A stretch of DNA of 62,318 nucleotides, the filler included, from Circinaria calcarea (lineage: Eukaryota), in NCBI GenBank assembly GCA_051942165.1. It is 28 parts of 28 records of this genome, joined end to end, with 100 filler letters (N's around TTAATTAATTAA, not from the genome) between each part and the next. Parts side by side here need not be neighbours in the genome. Positions count along the whole stretch, not along the records: positions 57,982 to 60,100 come from JAVECS010003864.1; positions 60,201 to 62,318 come from JAVECS010003865.1; 26 more parts are not named here. One strand, written 5' to 3'. Positions 57,982-62,318 of this stretch are shown here, one piece after another. The notes under the pieces are model-generated. The model was not told where the DNA came from, searched no databases, and worked only from the letters and a program-made list of their open reading frames with translations. The position numbers and the translations under genes were made by a program. Positions within the stretch are counted from its first letter, which is position 1; every line of letters begins with the position of its first letter.

Positions 57982-58341
57982 TTACCGCCAGTCGGGTCAC
58001 GTGCATATGGAGCCCTTGTATATGCCAATCTAGCGAATGCTACTGTACAGCAGAACGATGAGATACGCGCTGGAGACATAGTTTCGTTTCGTAACGTCAA
58101 GGTGCAGGGACATCGTGGACCCATGAAGCAAAAGTATAATATGGAGGTTGGGAAGCCGGATCATGTAGGCATTGTGGTGGATTGGGATGGCACCAAAAAA
58201 AAGATTCGAGCGTGGGAACAAGGGAGGGAAAGTAAGAAGGTGAAGGTCGAAAGCTTTAAATTGGGTGATTTGCGAAGTGGAGAGGTCAAGGTCTGGCGTG
58301 TAATGCCTAAGACTTGGGTTGGTTGGGGACCGCAGGCTTAG
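57982..58341 (+). CDS. BBC1: Bbc1/Mti1-like actin-patch protein, C-terminal domain
   Basis: LPPVGSRAYGALVYANLANATVQQNDEIRAGDIVSFRN..KPDHVGIVVDWDGTKKKIRAWEQG..LGDLRSGEVKVWRVM..WVGW. Confidence 0.8.
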   Translation, partial: LPPVGSRAYGALVYANLANATVQQNDEIRAGDIVSFRNVKVQGHRGPMKQKYNMEVGKPDHVGIVVDWDGTKKKIRAWEQGRESKKVKVESFKLGDLRSGEVKVWRVMPKTWVGWGPQA

Positions 58342-59782
58342 TCGTCGATAAGATGATATCGTTAAGTTGGAGCCCGCCAGAGCTCTTCTGTTACCTTCCG
58401 TACTTGTCCCACACTTTGTCCAGCCACATGCACAGTCTCATAGTTCAGACGATTAATTTGCTACTTGACATGACATGAACTATTAGCAATTTACCAATAA
58501 TCTTGCATTTTTGTGCCCTCGGTACTATGTTTCACTCAAGGCTTTCATGAAACATGATTTTCCGCATCATCAACAGTCCATTCATCATAGTGCTGTTGTG
58601 CTGCAGTCTTGTTATGCATGAGTCTTTAAGTGCAAATTGATGCAGTACCGGAGAGCGGCTGTTACAAAACCGGTATTGGATAGAGAGAGTCACCCCTACT
58701 GACTCATCGTCGTGGGTTTTCTATCGACGGATACCTTTTTCGAAGTGAAAGTCTCTAGATACCGAGGTCTTGAGAACATCGCTGAAGATCTTTTTGTGAG
58801 CACCGCTCGACAAATGGTACGGAGTACGGTATGCCACAAACAAAACTTGCAAGTTCGGGAATGAAGTGGTATTAGCACTTACCCCTGATACATCTGAGAT
58901 CGGCTGAGGGTGGCAATAGGGCAGGGAGGGTTTAGGAGCAAGAAGCACAACACCAAGAGATCATTTGGGTGGTGGTGAGGTCATTTTAAGAGAGGTCTCT
59001 CTGGAAGGCGAGACGATAACAGGGTGCCGGGGTAACACTGTTCGCGCTTCCGAAGCTCTATCGTGAGAGTCTCTGAGCAAAGCAAGATGGGAATGTCCCG
59101 GACATGGGGTATAGAAAAGGAAAGAGATGAGAAGCAGAGATAAAGCGGGAACAGGGGAGGGATAGGAAGAGTCTTCAGATATGAGTGAAGATATTGGATT
59201 TCATATAATTGTAACTTGCAGGCTGTTATAGGATGACTGCCAAGGACACGTCGACCTTAAGAGAGAATGAGGGCGCGTAGGAGGATATCTGCTAACTGTA
59301 TCGCCAGGAGTTGATGAATCACGGCCATGAGATAAATGAAACGGCGATCTACTGGTAATGAATATGGGGCTATAATGGCGTAAATGACAAGACGTAAAGA
59401 AAGATGTTCAACGAAGGGACAAAGGTACGGCTGGGGTATATGACAAGCAAGAACATACCGCAAACCAGCAATGAAGCCGGAAACCCGTATTAGAAGAAGT
59501 AAAGGAGAGCCACGTGTTGAGCTGCAGAAGGGAATCATTCCACTTACCAACCAAGAATAGGGTTGGCGGAGTTCTAATCCTTGATCTACTTGCGCGGCAT
59601 TGATTTCAATTGGAGATGATCAATAGGCAGCTTTTGTGATTAGTCGGACACATTCGATTGTACACTGGAGTAGCAGTGCTACCAGGCGACTTTATGTTAT
59701 CTAGACGGCCTCGGCATAAACCCCAAAGGTAGTCAGAGTAGGATATCAAACTTTAGACTTTCTGAGACTAAACAGCCCTTGA

Positions 59783-60100
59783 CTACCCTAAAGCAAATGC
59801 AGCGCGTTCGAGTGGTACTCTCTCCGTCTCCCACGCCAGCCAATCCGATCTCGTAGTCCTACAAAGCCTGTTAGTGATAAATCATGCCGCGGTTGGTTCA
59901 GCAGTGACTAACGGGAGCAATCCCATCCCGTTGACCTTCCAGATCCCTAGACCCAAAGCCACCAGGTTCATCAGAACATATGTCGCCTTGACCATCCATA
60001 GCTTTCCCTTTGTGCCCTCACTCTCGAACCTCGTGAAGACTTGGTTGGTTTGTAGTAGCCCCTGTATGGGATTCTTAAAGAGCATAAAGACCATCATGAT
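59783..60100 (-). CDS. EMC4: ER membrane complex subunit 4, C-terminal part
   Basis: IMMVFMLFKNPI..LALGLGIWKVNGMGLLP, intron 59859-59912, then TTRSDWLAWE. Confidence 0.92.
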
Positions 60101-60200
60101 NNNNNNNNNNNNNNNNNNNNNNNNNNNNNNNNNNNNNNNNNNNNTTAATTAATTAANNNNNNNNNNNNNNNNNNNNNNNNNNNNNNNNNNNNNNNNNNNN

Positions 60201-60465
60201 AAAAAAAGAAATAATTAATAGAGAGAAAGGAGATAACTAATAAAAAAAAAGAAAATAGATAGTAAAAAGGAAAAAGATAGATGGTAAAGAGAAAGGAGAT
60301 AGATAATACAGAGAAAAAAAATAGATGGTAAGAAGAAAGGAAATAGATAGTAGAGAGAAAAGAGATAGATGGTAGAGAGAACGAAAATAGATGGTAAGGA
60401 GAAAGGAAATAGATAGTAGAGAGAAAAGAGATAGATGGTAGAGAGAAAAGAGATAGATGGTAGGG
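60201..60465 (+). repeat. Purine-rich degenerate ~21-bp tandem repeat
   Basis: Units like GAGAAAAGGAAATAGATAGTA and GAGAAAAGAGATAGATGGTAG; the minus-strand F/S/L-rich ORFs are by-products of the repeat. Confidence 0.85.
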
Positions 60466-61481
60466 AGTCATCGGTCACGGTGGTGGTTGGGAAAAAGTGT
60501 AGGGTTAGATAGGGGACGTAAGGAGGGGACAGTGAAGGAGGATTATTGGGTTCGAAGTTGGCATCATGGTTGCAAGGAAGAAATGAGGGATGGTTTCGAA
60601 ACAGAGTTCCGGATCATTGCTAATTTAGCATGGAGATAGGTACAAGCAAGAACCCCGCCGATCCCATTAAAATTCTCAATAGAAAAACATATATGTCATG
60701 GAGTAGAGTCTAATAGCTTTCAGTTGCTTTTAGTGAAAACCGCAATCTTGGTTTCCATAGTAACACAGGACCGAATCACCAGCGGTGATGCCAAACATGG
60801 TAGGTAGCTTCAATAACACGGCCGAAGATAGGTGAGCAATATTGCAAGCCCAGAAAAGCCAGATACGAATGACAGGTGTGAAGATGAACAAGCATCAAAG
60901 TCTTTCAAGTACCGTCTCGGCGCCCCAACATAAATGCCCAACGGTCTAGACATGGCTCTTCCATCGATACCTTCAACCGATGTTTCAGTAACGTTAGCGT
61001 TGCCTGCGAACCCTAAGTCCCTTGGCATTTGACCTGTAATGGTTATCCTTGCACTGTGATAACGGCCTGTCCATCGTAAAGTGCGCCGAGTAATAACACA
61101 CATAATGGAAGTATCGATTAAGAAATATGAAACACATGATCAGTAAATCCTCCAGGATACAACCGGAAGTTCTTGGTTCCAGGTACCGTGGATACAAGGC
61201 TTTGAATAGTGTATCAGCGTCGTTGATATGGCACAGTTTTTGTAACCAGACTCGCTACCCAAGGTAGCAATCGACGTGTTAGCTGTGATAAGCCCTTTTA
61301 TCCTCGATTCAACCAGGAGCCGAAAATCTGTGATGTATCTAAGAAATCCAAGGCGTTCATGGGGCTGCGGCCTAAGACAACTGAAACATAGAACCAAGGA
61401 ACTTGCTACTTTAACAGTCATTCATCCATAAATAAACACATGCTGTTGGACATTCAAACAACCCAGGAAAAGGATTGGAGT

Positions 61482-62318
61482 CTAGGTAGCTGAACCCGGC
61501 GTCGAAGGTGTTTGCCAAGTCGGCGCCGAACTCGACTGTGATAACGTCGAAGATAGGTCTTCCTCTAAACGATGCGTACACTTTCTCTCACGCGTTAGTA
61601 ACAATGAGGGGGATCAGGATTAGCCACATACTTTGGACTTCTTCCGCTTGCACTCATCACACGCGCCTTCCCTCCTCATCTTCTTGGCGTGCTCCCTGCC
61701 CTCTGGTGTCAGAAACCTTGTCCTACCCTCCACAGGCTGCATATTGCTATTCATTTTTTGGAAACCTCCCGATTGCCTTCCTAATGTCGTGACAGGAGCA
61801 CCGGAACGCCGCTGGCTTGGTAAAATTTGCCTTGTGTGCGTATCGGATTGATGGCGTTGACGATGTTTCTTTCTTTGGCGGTCTTCCTGTTCCCTTCGCG
61901 GCACTGGAGTAGCTGTTTGCACACGTGAATCAAACCTGGAGGATTGGGCTGCCACAGCTGCTGGGTTAGTCATCGGCATTTGTTCAGGCCGTGATCCAAC
62001 GTACCCAGAGGCTAATTGACCAAAATCGGTAAAAAGCTCTGGTGAGATACCAATCCTACGTTGTTTCCCCGTGGTAGTGAAGGACGGGCCTGAACTATTG
62101 ACCAATGTAGACTGTGCAGAGTTTGGAACGTGTCTCATGGGCCAGGTCGGATCCTGGCTTGCAGTACAATCTGGTAACCCAACTAATCCTGTACGACCTG
62201 ACCGTTGGCTTTTATAGGAAATTGGAGAGGAAGAAATTGGTGACCATGCCTGCATGGACGCCTCATGATTGGAGGTGGGAGAACACTCGGCATAACTATG
62301 CTGGCTGTTCAAGGATGT
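61482..62318 (-). CDS. Putative transcription-factor-like protein with a half zinc-cluster (C-x2-C-x6-C-x-H)
   Basis: LTPEGREHAKKMRREGACDECKRKKSK, intron 61581-61631, then CTHRLEED..SAT*; 5' end probably off-contig. Confidence 0.65.

Noticed and set aside
2144..60200. Regularly spaced TTAATTAATTAA repeats resembling a CRISPR-like or periodic array
   Set aside because: Always embedded in 44+44 N; an artificial six-frame-stop linker
60810..61421. Short minus-strand ORFs downstream of the zinc-motif gene
   Set aside because: No recognisable homology or convincing exon chain

Overview
This window is not one locus. It is an artificial concatenation of 28 short contigs (2143 down to 2118 bp, sorted by decreasing length) joined by identical 100-nt spacers (44 N + TTAATTAATTAA + 44 N), so adjacency across a spacer has no biological meaning. 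The DNA is from a filamentous ascomycete (Pezizomycotina): short GT-AG introns with CTRAY-type branch points, RIP-like C>T decay of transposons, and fungal housekeeping genes. More than one source species cannot be excluded. Most genes are truncated at contig ends. Recognisable genes: SSF1/RRP3 (head-to-head), dynein heavy chain, SVF1, complex I 75/78-kDa subunit, GYP5-like TBC GAP, sirtuins HST2 and HST3, an M43 metalloprotease tail, an SDR, GCV2, MZM1/ZUO1, THOC5, a PAQR/IZH protein, a co-oriented niaD-niiA pair with GATA and NirA-type sites, a probable NACHT-ankyrin NLR fragment, an EGT2-like lyase, an APC permease, CaMKK, GT31, BBC1 and EMC4. Mobile DNA: a truncated Helitron with two GC-rich terminal hairpins, a complete 388-bp hAT-type MITE (17-bp TIRs, 8-bp TSD), LTR-like relics and a RIP-degraded pogo/Fot1 transposase. 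The least explained signal is a bipolar array of degenerate 14-17-bp motifs (consensus ~CACTRTCGCAAAGGT, forward copies then inverted copies) found on two unrelated contigs. No rRNA, convincing tRNA or CRISPR array was found. All assignments are by eye from remembered family motifs; no searches were run, and I cannot confirm a genuinely new biological system from these fragments.
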